From Octopus sinensis (lineage: Eukaryota), in assembly GCF_006345805.1 (NCBI RefSeq), contig NW_021827519.1:1-27073 (forward strand): DNA of 27,073 nt, given 5' to 3'. Shown here piece by piece: positions 1 through 11,364 of this stretch. The translations under genes were made by a program, and so were the position numbers. A model generated the notes under the pieces. The model did not search any database and was not told the DNA's origin. It saw only the letters and a program-made list of their open reading frames with translations. Every line of letters begins with the position of its first letter. Position 1 is the first letter of the stretch.

Positions 1-169
1 ATCTAGGGTCTCGAGTTTCACATCAACTTATATCGCCAGGCAATTTAAATCTATCAGTTAACACCGTCCCCCTCCCCTACACACACTGACACATCAGAGA
101 ACATATATGGGGAGGGGACGGGGGAGTGAAGAAAACGACAGAGAGATGAGTGAAAGATAAGATAAAGAA

Positions 170-227
<58 letters not shown>

Positions 228-1412
228 TATTCATACATATGTAATATATGTGTGTATATGTAATAGACACATATGCAGGTGTGTGTGTGTATGTATTTGA
301 TTGTATGTGTGTGTATTAATATTTGTTTTGTGTAAAAACAGTGAAACGATAACATAGTCATTGATCTGACGAAAACTACAAAGCCGAAACTTCGAAGTCA
401 CTGTCGACCGCTTCCTTTTCAAAACAAATGTGTGTATGTATGTATGTATGTACATATATGCGTGTGTGTGTATGTGTGCATATGTGTATGTAGGTAGGTA
501 TGTATGCGTCTATATATGTAGTGTGTGTGCGAATGTGAATGTCAAATATTGTTGTGAGAGGCTGAGATTGGCAAAGTTGGAGGAAAGGTGTTGAAGAGGA
601 GGAGACAGAGGTAGAATTAGAGAAGTGGTGGCAGAACTGATGACAATGTTATTGTTGTTGTACGAGTTGATGATGATAATGGCGGGTTTGTTGTTAGTGC
701 AGGTGGCGGTGGTGGTGATGGTGGCAGCGTTGATGATGTTTTCGATGTGGGAGATGTTGATGAAGATAGAAGCGGTGGCGGTGGTTGTGGTGGTGGCGGT
801 AGTGGCGGTGGTAGTTGCAGTGATGATGGCTAAACAAAGTAGTTTTGTTGATAAAAATAAAACGGTGAGGAAAGGTTTGAGGTGGTGTTGGGGGGGGGGT
901 AGGGTATGAGGAAACCGCTGGTGTTTTTAGTGGTGGGGTGGTGGTGGTGTTGGGGGGATGTCCGGAATTCGCGTGCAACGTCAGAGAGCAACGGCAGAGT
1001 ATGGTAATATCCCAGACTGGCTGGCGACTGGCTTGAACTCGGCTGTTAGGGAAGTATTGAATTTAAATTATCGATGTTGGCAGTGAGATGGCTTATGGGG
1101 AGCAGGGGTGGTTAGGAGCGAGGTGACAGTGGCAGTAACACTAGGGTGGGGGTACAAGTAAGGGACAGAGATAGACAGGTAGATAGATAGGAAGGTAGGA
1201 CATACCTAACAGAGACCCACCTACGTATTCATATCTGTACATTTTCACATACATACATATATATATATATCAATACACACACACACATATACACACTCAC
1301 ATTTCATTTGTGTGCGTGCGTATATATTTATATATATATACACATATATACATACATATATGCATTTATGTATATGTATGTCTGTGTATGTATATAATTG
1401 TGTGTCTATATA

Positions 1413-1451
<39 letters not shown>

Positions 1452-2355
1452 GACCACTCCAAAGATATCGATGGAGTAATTTGACAATTCCGATTGAAAC
1501 ATCCCGAAAGTAGTGTTACGTTTCTTGCCAGGTTGACGATGGGTCAATGTTATTGTTAGGACAACTTCAGTGAAGGGGCGGCGGCGGTGGTGATGGTGCC
1601 TCAGTTCCTCTCTTCCCTCCCTAGCAACAGTCAGATAAAAAGATGGAATTGGTAAATGAATATAATTAGAAGAAGCAGTCCAGATGAAACTTGCAGAACA
1701 ACGTCATTGCTGTGTTTTCTGTTCTGCGTTTTGCGAAGAGTCACCTTCATGCGAACCTTCCACCGCGCTCTTTACGCCTACTCTAACAACAAGTTACCTT
1801 AGGTCACAGTTTAAACAACAAATTTAGCCCCTTGCCCTTTATTATACAGATTTGGTGCCAAAGACTGAAGAGCTGAGCGTAAAGGGAACGAAAGACATAC
1901 TTTATAAAGATTTATCTTATTGGAGGAGGAGGAGGAGGAGGGGGGAGGAAGAGAGGGGAATTTACCAGAATAATGTATTGTGCTTGTTGTTGTCTTAGGT
2001 TGATTCTGATCGAACAGAGCAAAAACGTTCCAAAGTGGACCATCCCCTCTTATTTTCAGAGGTAATGTTTTGACACCGCCATAGTCGTTTTTTTTTTCTT
2101 TTCAAGATTACAAGATTGTAATTTGAGGACGGCTCAGCTGCTATTTCTAATAGGTCGAGCAACTATATAGAACGTTGCGAACGTTGTGACCTACCAAGGG
2201 AGCGTTGGCTATTTAAAGGGGTCCTTGAATTAAAATATTTTAACCCGTTTTTTTAAATAAATCCAGGACATGGTGTTATCAGGGATAATGTAACAAGACT
2301 AATTATGTACCAAGGTCCAATATGATTTCATCATACAGGTTCTTGCCCCATTTAG

Positions 2356-2640
2356 CAGTGTTTCTGAACCTTTTTTTTCTTTACCAATGGACCTCTTTGA
2401 TTCTTGTTTTACCCTGCTGGACCCTCTCAGTGATTCCATGTTTTCAGATACCTTATTATTATGTTTTTATAATTAAATATTATTTGGAATTGTATAAAAA
2501 AATTATGAAATATTATGTGTATTATTGTTAGAGTATAACCAACTTTATTTGCACAAATTTTAACACCAAAATCTTATGTGGATCCCCAAGGGTGATATGG
2601 ACTCTGCAACGGTCTTTTGGGGCCCGGTTGAAAAACACGG
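2356..2640. mobile_element. Non-autonomous hAT (Charlie-like) MITE
   Basis: TIRs CAGTGTTTCTGAACC (2356-2370) and GGTTGAAAAACACGG (2626-2640) match 12/15. The 8-bp flanks ccatttag and ttctttag share 5/8. Interior is AT-rich and non-coding. Confidence 0.6.
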
Positions 2641-3416
2641 TTCTTTAGTAATTTAACATAGAGGGGCACTGGTCCTCGTAAGGGTCTGTCTGTAAGGACA
2701 CATTGTGTTATGAATATGTAGAAAACATGACTGATGGATCAACAACTCAGCCTTTTCCTTCATTAGTAAATTCAATGAAAAATTTAACATGGTTGCGATG
2801 GTGGTGGTGGTGGTGGTGGCGATGTTCTTGCAATAATCATTGCAAGTACCTAAAAGGATGGACTTACGTAAGAAAATAGGGATAATAAATTAGTTTCTGC
2901 TTCAGTAAAATAATCTGCATTTTTTTTTGTCCAAAACATAAGGAGAGGGGGAGTTTTTGGAGAAGATGGTGGGGTGGGGGCGTTTAACTATAAAATGGTT
3001 TGGAGCCACTGGTTTAAAGGTTTGTGTAGTGCTGGTGGCTGGTGTGTATGTACATCTATATCTATCTACACACACATACACACATACGCATACACAGTGT
3101 GTGTGTTGTTCAGGAATGACTGACCAGTTTTAAACACACACACAAACCCAATCCATGGCTATCAGCTATCAATATCAATCTAATCTCAGTTAATGCCAGC
3201 AGTTTTAAACAAAGTTTATTTAGAAAGTCATTGCAATCCGCCATCTTAGTGCCGCCATCTTTGACAGGCATCGTTTCCGCGAACGGTGAAATCTGGATGC
3301 AATGAGACAAAGCTTTATTTGTTTGTTATCTCATCACATCTAATAACGATGCTTTCAGAACGAACGGCAGGCAATAAGGCGACGTAAAATGATACATAGG
3401 GGTTTATGATAATAGA

Positions 3417-3505
3417 GGACAGGTATGAGTCAGGTGAGAGTTGGACAGGTATGATGAGTCAGGTGAATGTTGGACAGGTATGACTCAGGTGATGCTGGAC
3501 AGGTA
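3417..3505 (+). repeat. Minisatellite, 3.3 units of 25-29 bp (GGACAGGTATGA(G/C)TCAGGTGA...)
   Basis: Units start at 3417, 3443, 3472 and 3497. Confidence 0.9.
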
Positions 3506-4086
3506 ATATAATATTGATTTTTTTTTCAAATCCACTATGACTACTGTTTGATAAACTGATTGGAGATAGTGTGGTTTCTTTGACAAGAATAGATTACAGA
3601 CGGGGGTATGGGGGTATGGGGTAGTGTTTGGAGCGGCCACAATAATGTCAGTGAAAGTAGCTGTTAGTTACACAGGTAGTTTCGGTACAGACGGGAGAGT
3701 CATGGTTGGAATATATTTCACCAGTGTTGAACCAAAACTATATTATAATGATAATAACGACCAGAACGTTTTTTTTAAATTACACAGAAATCCCCTCCGT
3801 AAATGATTATTAATGTTGATGATGATGATGATGATGATGATGTCAATTTCCCAAAGATTGCTAATTGGCTGGGAATAACAAGTGAGGCTGACCAAACATA
3901 GGGCGGTAGAGGGGAGAGGAGGGGGTGGTGGTGGTGGTAGTAGCAGCAACAGTAGTAGTACTAGTAATAAAGAAACTTGAATTTGACTAACAATAGGTTT
4001 AATTACTATATTACTATACATATACAGAATTCCTTATATACATATATTATATATAATATAAAGTGTGTGTGTGTGTGTGTGTGGTG

Positions 4087-4123
<37 letters not shown>

Positions 4124-4250
4124 ATGTATATATGTACATGTGTCTGTGTATATGTATATATACATATATGTATATACATACATACAGAGATAGAGAGAGA
4201 CATGCTACTTAACATATATATATATATATATATATATAGTATATATATAT

Positions 4251-4285
<35 letters not shown>

Positions 4286-4606
4286 TGATAGATATACGCA
4301 TATGCATACTGACATATACACACTTATATACGTGTATACATACTAAGATCGGGGAAGTGTTGTGTGTGTAAGTGTGTTCATGTCCGTTGGAACGAGAGTA
4401 AAAGTACTCAATACCATAAGTGGGTGTAATCATTTAGGCTGATCCAGTAGCCTATTACTTTGGAATTTTCCGGACATTACTGCTGGTTCCTAATACAAGT
4501 AAACGTTAGGGAAATGGCAACATTGTCGGGAAAACTGCAGCGAAATACGGCACTGGATTAGCCTAAATAAGCTGTATCTCTGTCTATGGGTAAATATATT
4601 ATATTC

Positions 4607-4808
4607 GTTTATTCTTCTGTTTGTTTCAGTCATTCGACTGTGACCATGCTAGAGCACCATCTTTAGTCAAACAAATCGACCCCAGGACTTATTCTTTGTA
4701 AGCCTAGTACTTATTCTATCGGGCATTTTTGCCGAACCGCTAAGTTACGGGGACGTAAACACATCAACATCGGTCGTCAAGCGATGGTGGGGGACAAACA
4801 CAGAGACA
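4607..4808 (-). mobile_element. SINE-like repeat family C (3'-half-like segment)
   Basis: Second copy at 7139-7222. Shares the atcgaccccag...gtacttatt motif with family A, which suggests minus polarity. Confidence 0.7.
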
Positions 4809-4975
4809 TGCGCACAAATATATATATATATATGTGCATATATTATATATATAATATATATGTGTATATATTATATATATGTATATATTATATATATATG
4901 TGTGTGTGCGTGTTAAATATATATATATATAGAGAGAGAGATAGCATATATATATATATAGAGAGATAGATATAT

Positions 4976-5013
<38 letters not shown>

Positions 5014-5547
5014 GCTCGCGAGGTGTGAACTTTACAAATCAATATGGTAAACTAGAATGACAATGGAATTATTTCTAAATGAAGACAGAATTCCTGAAAA
5101 GTTTCCACCAAATTATGACCCTTCGCCTGAAATCAGCGACACCGTCGTATGCCTTTCCACAAGAATGGACGAAGGGAACAAACTCAAACCGACGCATACA
5201 CTGCTCGGTACTTGCTGGACTTGCTACAAATAACAGCCAAGTTTCCACTTAATCACACTCTACTGAGTTACAAGGATACATTATAATGGAATTGTAATTA
5301 TGCATCCGAAGTGTGGATGGCTATAGATGGAACGTCTTTGTGCACGTGTGTGTTATACACCGTCGTGTTAGTTTGGGTCAATCAAATCTGTCGTCCAGTT
5401 TTCCTGTTTTAATCTCTAATAGCTTCATACTCCGCTTCTCCGACTAATACCCTTGCCCACCCGAAACCCCAATGAACCCTTGACAGTAACCAAAGACCAG
5501 GACACAAATTGGAATACACCAACGCTATCAGGAAACGGTCCACCTTA

Positions 5548-5690
5548 GCTTCCTACAGTTTCTGTTCGCCAAATTCCACTGACAAGGAATTCGTTAATCC
5601 AAGTCTAAAGTAGAGTACGTGGTGGGATTGAACCTGCGACCACGTGGTTTCAGGCCAACGTTCTAATCACACAACGAGATACGCATTCAT
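5548..5690 (-). mobile_element. Degenerate SINE family B head
   Basis: Minus: ...accacgtggtcgcaGGTTCAATCCCaccacgt...ccttgtcagtggaatttggcgaacagaaactgtaggaag, homologous to 22298-22455. Confidence 0.6.
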
Positions 5691-6085
5691 TTGTCTTCCA
5701 TTCCTAAAACTATCCAGAAAGACATGACCACCACAACATACTATTTTCTTCCGATCTGGTGTCTTTCCCTTTCACTAATCAATATTCACCAATAGGCTTA
5801 GTTTTTAAACCTAGCAGACACATGATCAAAGGACTTCCAGCCGTGAACATCACGTCTTTTAGTATATATCAAAGACTACAGTATCCAATGTTTTCTTTCT
5901 CATTTAAAGAGGAGAATGTGCTTTAAAGGACATTTGGCTGCTATTTCTAGCATCTGATATTACACAATATAGAGATAAATGTACACTTGCCAACAAGGTC
6001 GCTTATAAATAGTCTCGATCTGCTGGAAACAGTAGCCATAATTCCTTTAAATGACACCCTGTTTTATTTAAAAAAGATGATATTG

Positions 6086-6122
<37 letters not shown>

Positions 6123-6136
6123 CATACATACATAAC

Positions 6137-7137
6137 GATAACAACACAGATGTCCAACAGATAAAATGCACAGCTCTCACAAAACTTATATAAATGATAA
6201 GAGCTCATCCAGAAAAGAGAATGCCTACAAAAAATGCAGAGGCCAGGTCCAACATGCTCTGAGACAGCTGAAGGAGGCTTGGTGATCTTCCAAGGCTACT
6301 GAACTTCAAGAAGCTGCAGACAGAAAGGATTCTAAAGCCTTCATTGATGGCTTCAAGAAAGTGTATGGAACAAGTGGTGGACTATTCAATCATCACCGTT
6401 TCAAAGCCAGAACACGACCAAGCACCAGTATCATTTGTGATTTACTTCTTGCAAAATGATGCTGTACTAGTAGCGACCTCTTTAGAGGAATCTCAGGGAC
6501 TTCTAGACCGGTTTTTTTTGCTGCATGTAAAGCCTTTGGTTTGACCATCAGCATAAAAGAAGACGGAAGTAATCCACCAACTTTGCCCTACTCCTAAACA
6601 AATTCGAGGTGTCAAGCAGAGGCCAGCGGTTCACAGTTTTCCAGACCCTTCTATACAGGTTGATGGGAAAAGCCTAAATTATGTGAAGTCTTTTAGATAT
6701 TTTGGTTGTAAAGTGAACTTGAGTGTTTCCCTTAATGATGAAATCGTCAACCGTTTTGGAAAGGCAACCAACACTTTTGGTAAACTCAGTCCTTTCCTAT
6801 GGAATGAAAGGGACATCAAACTTGATACCAGAGTACAAGTCTATAAAGCTGCCATCCTTACTCCCCTCTTGTATGGCTTAGAATAGTGGATACCCTATAG
6901 ACGACACATTAACCAACTAGACAGCTTCCACAAAGACTGAGGACAATCTGTGGTTATTCACTAAAAGACAGAGTTTCTAATGCCCACCTGTTTAGCAAAG
7001 TGTTTGATTGGTGGAATTGAGAGCTTCCTTATACAACCACAATTGTGCTGGACTGGCCATGTCGTCAGAATGAGTGAGGAAAGAATAGCCAAAGTCCTCA
7101 TGTACAGCCAGCTTGAGAGTGGACACAAGAATGTTGT
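6137..7137 (+). mobile_element. Decayed RTE-clade LINE fragment (linker plus C-terminal RT half, internally deleted)
   Basis: Frames read ...LKEAW*SSKATELQEAADRKDSKAFIDGFKKVYG|TSGGLFNHHRFKAR...DLLLA-NDAVLVA...DRFF-AACKAFGLTISI-KKTEV...FRYFG...LLYGLE*W...QLCWTGHVVRMSEERIAK. These are typical RTE motifs (LFADD, GLTIS.KKTEV, LLYG.E.W, WxGHVxRM) with frameshifts and stops. Confidence 0.9.
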
Positions 7138-7138
7138 T

Positions 7139-7222
7139 CGACCGCTAAGTTACGGGAAACATAACACTCCAGCATCGGTCGTCAAGCGATGATGGCGGGT
7201 GGGGGGACACACAGACACACAA
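7139..7222 (-). mobile_element. Partial family C copy joined to the 3' end of the RTE fragment
   Basis: accgctaagttacggg.aac...cagcatcggtcgtcaagcgatg...ggggggacac matches 4736-4800. Confidence 0.75.
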
Positions 7223-7257
<35 letters not shown>

Positions 7258-7590
7258 TATAATATATATATATATTATATTATATATATATATATATATT
7301 ATATATTATATATATACATATATATATATCTATAATTAAAATGACAGGGGAAAAGAAATAATGTCACACACTTTATGCAGTTCTCGGGTGATGCAGAAGC
7401 ATTCAACCCTGACTGCATATCATTGTAGAAACAGCTGTAAGCTAAAGAAGTGTATCACATAATGTCCTCTTCCTCCGTCATTTACTTAATTCCTTATTAT
7501 TGCCATTCTGTAGTCGACAGACGCTTTGTTCTGAAGCATATGTGGACTGAGTTCTAACACCAGGTTTTTAGTATCGCTGCGCTTAAGGGA

Positions 7591-7650
<60 letters not shown>

Positions 7651-7824
7651 CCATTCTACTATAGGCACAAGGCCTGAAATTTGGTGGGAGGGGGCAGTCG
7701 ATTAGATCTACCCTAGTATGCAACTGGTACTTATTTCATCGAACCCCGAAGGGATGAAAGGCAAAGTCGACCTCGGCGGAATTTGAACTCAGAACGCCCG
7801 GCGCGCTAACGATTCGGCCAGCTC
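7591..7824 (-). mobile_element. tRNA-derived SINE family A with (ATT)n tail
   Basis: Minus head GAGCTGGCCGAATCGTTAGC (A-box-like) and GAGTTCAAATTCC (B-box-like). Body is shared with 20907-21315 and 25792-26090. Triplet tail at 7591-7650. Confidence 0.8.
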
Positions 7825-8084
7825 TAATAATAACATATGCGACAGATGGAGGTCGTCATGGCTGGAAGAGTTTTGATGATCGTTCTGCTCCATCACAAAC
7901 GATCTGGGGCTAAACATCAACATTCATGTTTGGTCAATGTAATCGTGAACAAAGTTTGACCGAGTGACCACTGTCCAGCATACTGAGAGATTTCGCCGCA
8001 TGGTCAAAGGGAGATAACTGTCCCCAGTGAACTGACCACAGTAGCCAACTGCAGAGGTTCTCAGCAACCGCGCAGGGTCAACTG

Positions 8085-8247
8085 GACATTTAGAAATAAC
8101 AGTTAAACCTCTTCAAATCGTATGGTTTAGTTAAAAAAAATGAGGGACACTTAGAGTAATAGAGAGCTAGATAAATAAGACAGGATGGTCACGTCTGAAC
8201 TGCCACTAACCGGAATTGACCTGGGGTTAAACAACAGCAAGAACAAC
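8085..8247 (+). mobile_element. Repeat family D (SINE/LINE-tail-like, AAC-type tail); other copies ~7846-7925(+), ~9835-9945(+), ~5811-5955(-), ~2110-2175(-)
   Basis: Shared blocks tagaaata.cag..aaa.ct..ctcaaatc, gatggtca.g.ctggaa and ctgggg.taaaca.ca.c across five diverged copies. Confidence 0.55.
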
Positions 8248-8498
8248 GATTATAAGAAAATGTATAAGTGTCTCTTCCAGTTATTTGGTGAGGAGAATTG
8301 GTGGAGTTCATGCTTTGACCAAGAAGCTTTTAGTAAACGAAATGACTGAGCAAAAGAAAACATCTCCAGCATGTATAGGCAGCAGTAGCGTGTGGTGGTG
8401 CTTAGTTAACTCCAACAACAACAGCACAAACACACACTAAACATATAATATATATATATATGTGTATATATATATATATAATATATATATATATGTGT

Positions 8499-8541
<43 letters not shown>

Positions 8542-8683
8542 ATATATATATATATATAGTATATATATTATATATATATATGTATATATATATATATTAT
8601 ACTAATACATCTGTTTGTTTTCTACACCCGCTTGGCTTCGTCATTTCTTTCTTTTTTCGTGAATTCTCCCTATATATATATAT

Positions 8684-8730
<47 letters not shown>

Positions 8731-10060
8731 GAGACAGAGAGAAAGAGAGACAGAGAGAGTGAGAACGTGTAGCACATACCCTCTGCTCAACGGCCGTTTC
8801 ATTAAGATAAACACCGCAAAACATAGAAGTATCTAATTGTGATACATAATTCATTTCAATTAATTCTAAAACTGCCTCCTCAAATATGTATGAGGATGAT
8901 GTATGCAATCATGTATATGTCTATGTACGTCTGAATAGGGGCCGGGATCTATCAAAGGGTCACACTGATATATATACAGATATGTATGGATGGATGGATG
9001 CATATAATTATGAATATATGTGAATATATGAATATATGTATGTACGTATGAATAGGGGGGGGAATCATTCAAAGGGACATAACTCTGGAAGATTATCATC
9101 CATTATAACAAATTCAGTTCCCCACCTTCACCCCCACATTATCATCTCCACCCACCCACCCACTTCCTGTGGTCAGTGTTTAAGCAGTGCCCCCCCCTAC
9201 TCGCCACACTAACTTTTACGCTGGTCGATGTGTAGAAGTCTCTCGTCAACTTTCATCTATGAAACCCTGACATTTATTTTAGAATTTGGTCCCCGTGGTC
9301 CCTTCACAGACACAAGCACAGAGGTAGAGAGGAGGAAAGGGCTGAAGTGCGTGGCCCCTTCACAGACACTCGCAGACGGCTGAGATCGAGATCCACCCGG
9401 AAAACACTTCATGCATCCCTAGGGATTAATTACCCTAACTCGAATCCCCCGACCACCACCTACTGACTCATCCGATGCCATTTATTCATTTCACTCCTTA
9501 TATGGACATGGCAACATTGGTCTTTGGTCCCCTACCACCACCCCCTTTCAAAAGGGTGTGTGTGTGTGCATGTGTCAAACATACCGTCATGTGACTGCTT
9601 CAAACACTCAGGGAATATTTATGATACGATACCCAGGTATGAAAGGGGTAGGTACCCCTAATCTGAGGGTGTCGTGAACTGAGACAAAGGGATAAACAGG
9701 GTGTGTTCAATGCCACACACACACACACACATTTAATTACTCTTCGTTACACTTAGACCGTGATGAGAGTTTATGAATCAAAACTTGTATAGTAACGTGG
9801 AGGGATGGAGGAGGGTCTAAATGAGCCCCTTGAATTGCTAGACATAACAGCCAAATCTGCCTCAAATCAGATTTAAAAAAGGAAAAGCATTAGAATGATT
9901 TAGTCCGAGGTACATTTAGACAACATGGTCACGTTTGGAATGTTTTCTTATTTCTATTTTATCATAGGCGTGCAGGCTGGGAGCTGAGATGGCGCTTAAT
10001 ACCACCATCAACTACAGCAGCAGCAATAGCACCACCATCAACCACCACCACCACCACCAT

Positions 10061-10093
<33 letters not shown>

Positions 10094-10659
10094 GACAACA
10101 AGTGACATATTTATCAATATGTTTTGTTGGTATTAAATTAATGAGAGTAGTTATTGGTGTGTAATGACTGATCTAATTATTATATTACATGTGTGTGGTG
10201 CCCTCTATCGGCAGATTCTAAAGCGAGATGGAGGAGGAGGGGAGGAAGACGAGGAGCTAATAAGATTAGCTTATTTAATTAGCTGTCACTGATTAACGAA
10301 GTCTGCCACCTGTTCAGACCTTTTAGGACAGCAAATTGGCGTTTGAGACATACTCTGTGATTGTGTGTGTGTGAGAGAGAGAGAGAGGGGGAGAAAAAGA
10401 CAGGGGGAGGAGAGAGTGAGGTACGAGAGATAAATGTAAATATTAATGTTACGTAACAGCCATGTGTCGTAGCTTTTATATCTCATAGAATCTGTCAAAG
10501 TGGGCATTGTTTACAATAAACAATGAATTAAGTCGCCTGGTTATTGCTTTAGGGAATTTCTTGGAAATCGAACCCAAAATCGTGGCACTTTAAGCCAAAC
10601 GATGATGATCATGGTGATGATAATAATATCAACAAGCAGACATAGTGATTGCATGAGAG

Positions 10660-10714
<55 letters not shown>

Positions 10715-11200
10715 TGTGTTAGCCATCAGCCAGAAATATTTCCTATCGCTGACAAGAATTAACTTTACACCGCTATAATCACCGGTGTTCCAGCTGTAAT
10801 GTTTCTTCTCTTAAAAAAAAAGCCTGAAACCTTCAAACATCTTTTCCTTCTCTTTCATTCAGCTTTACTTGTTTGTTTGTTTATTTCTTTGTTTTACTTA
10901 AAAAGGAAAACTTTGCCAGCGTATCAGCTGATTAGCTAAAGGTGTGCAACATCCCCGCCGCCCGTTTTTCTTTCGTTGGAGTCACTACAGACACAGTTTA
11001 ACAATATTGTAGTGTTATCTGCTCTCCTCTCTTATCTCAATTTATTGATAAACTACTCACTTTCAAACTAACTCTAATCCTCTCTTTTCTTTCCCGCAAA
11101 CATCTGCCAGTTGTCTTCTTCTAACGTTGGTAGATGTCTTCAGTTACTGGTAGATATCATATCTATCTACTACCAACGTACATGCCAGTCTGTGCTACCA

Positions 11201-11221
11201 ATATATATAATATATATATAT

Positions 11222-11287
<66 letters not shown>

Positions 11288-11317
11288 TATATATATATAA
11301 TATATATATATATATTA

Positions 11318-11364
<47 letters not shown>

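Noticed and set aside
1-45. Hammerhead-like CTGGCGA...GAAACTCGAGAC on the minus strand
   Set aside because: Core and cleavage triplet both deviate, and stems I and II do not pair.
1864-1905. CTGAAGA...GAAAG hammerhead-like match
   Set aside because: No convincing stem I or stem II.
2997-3011. Solo hAT-like TIR (GGTTTGGAGCCACTG)
   Set aside because: No matching left TIR or target-site duplication found.
8890-9085. Degenerate ~117-bp tandem duplication (gtacgt.tgaatagggg...tcaaaggg)
   Set aside because: Only two diverged low-complexity units; no sign of function.
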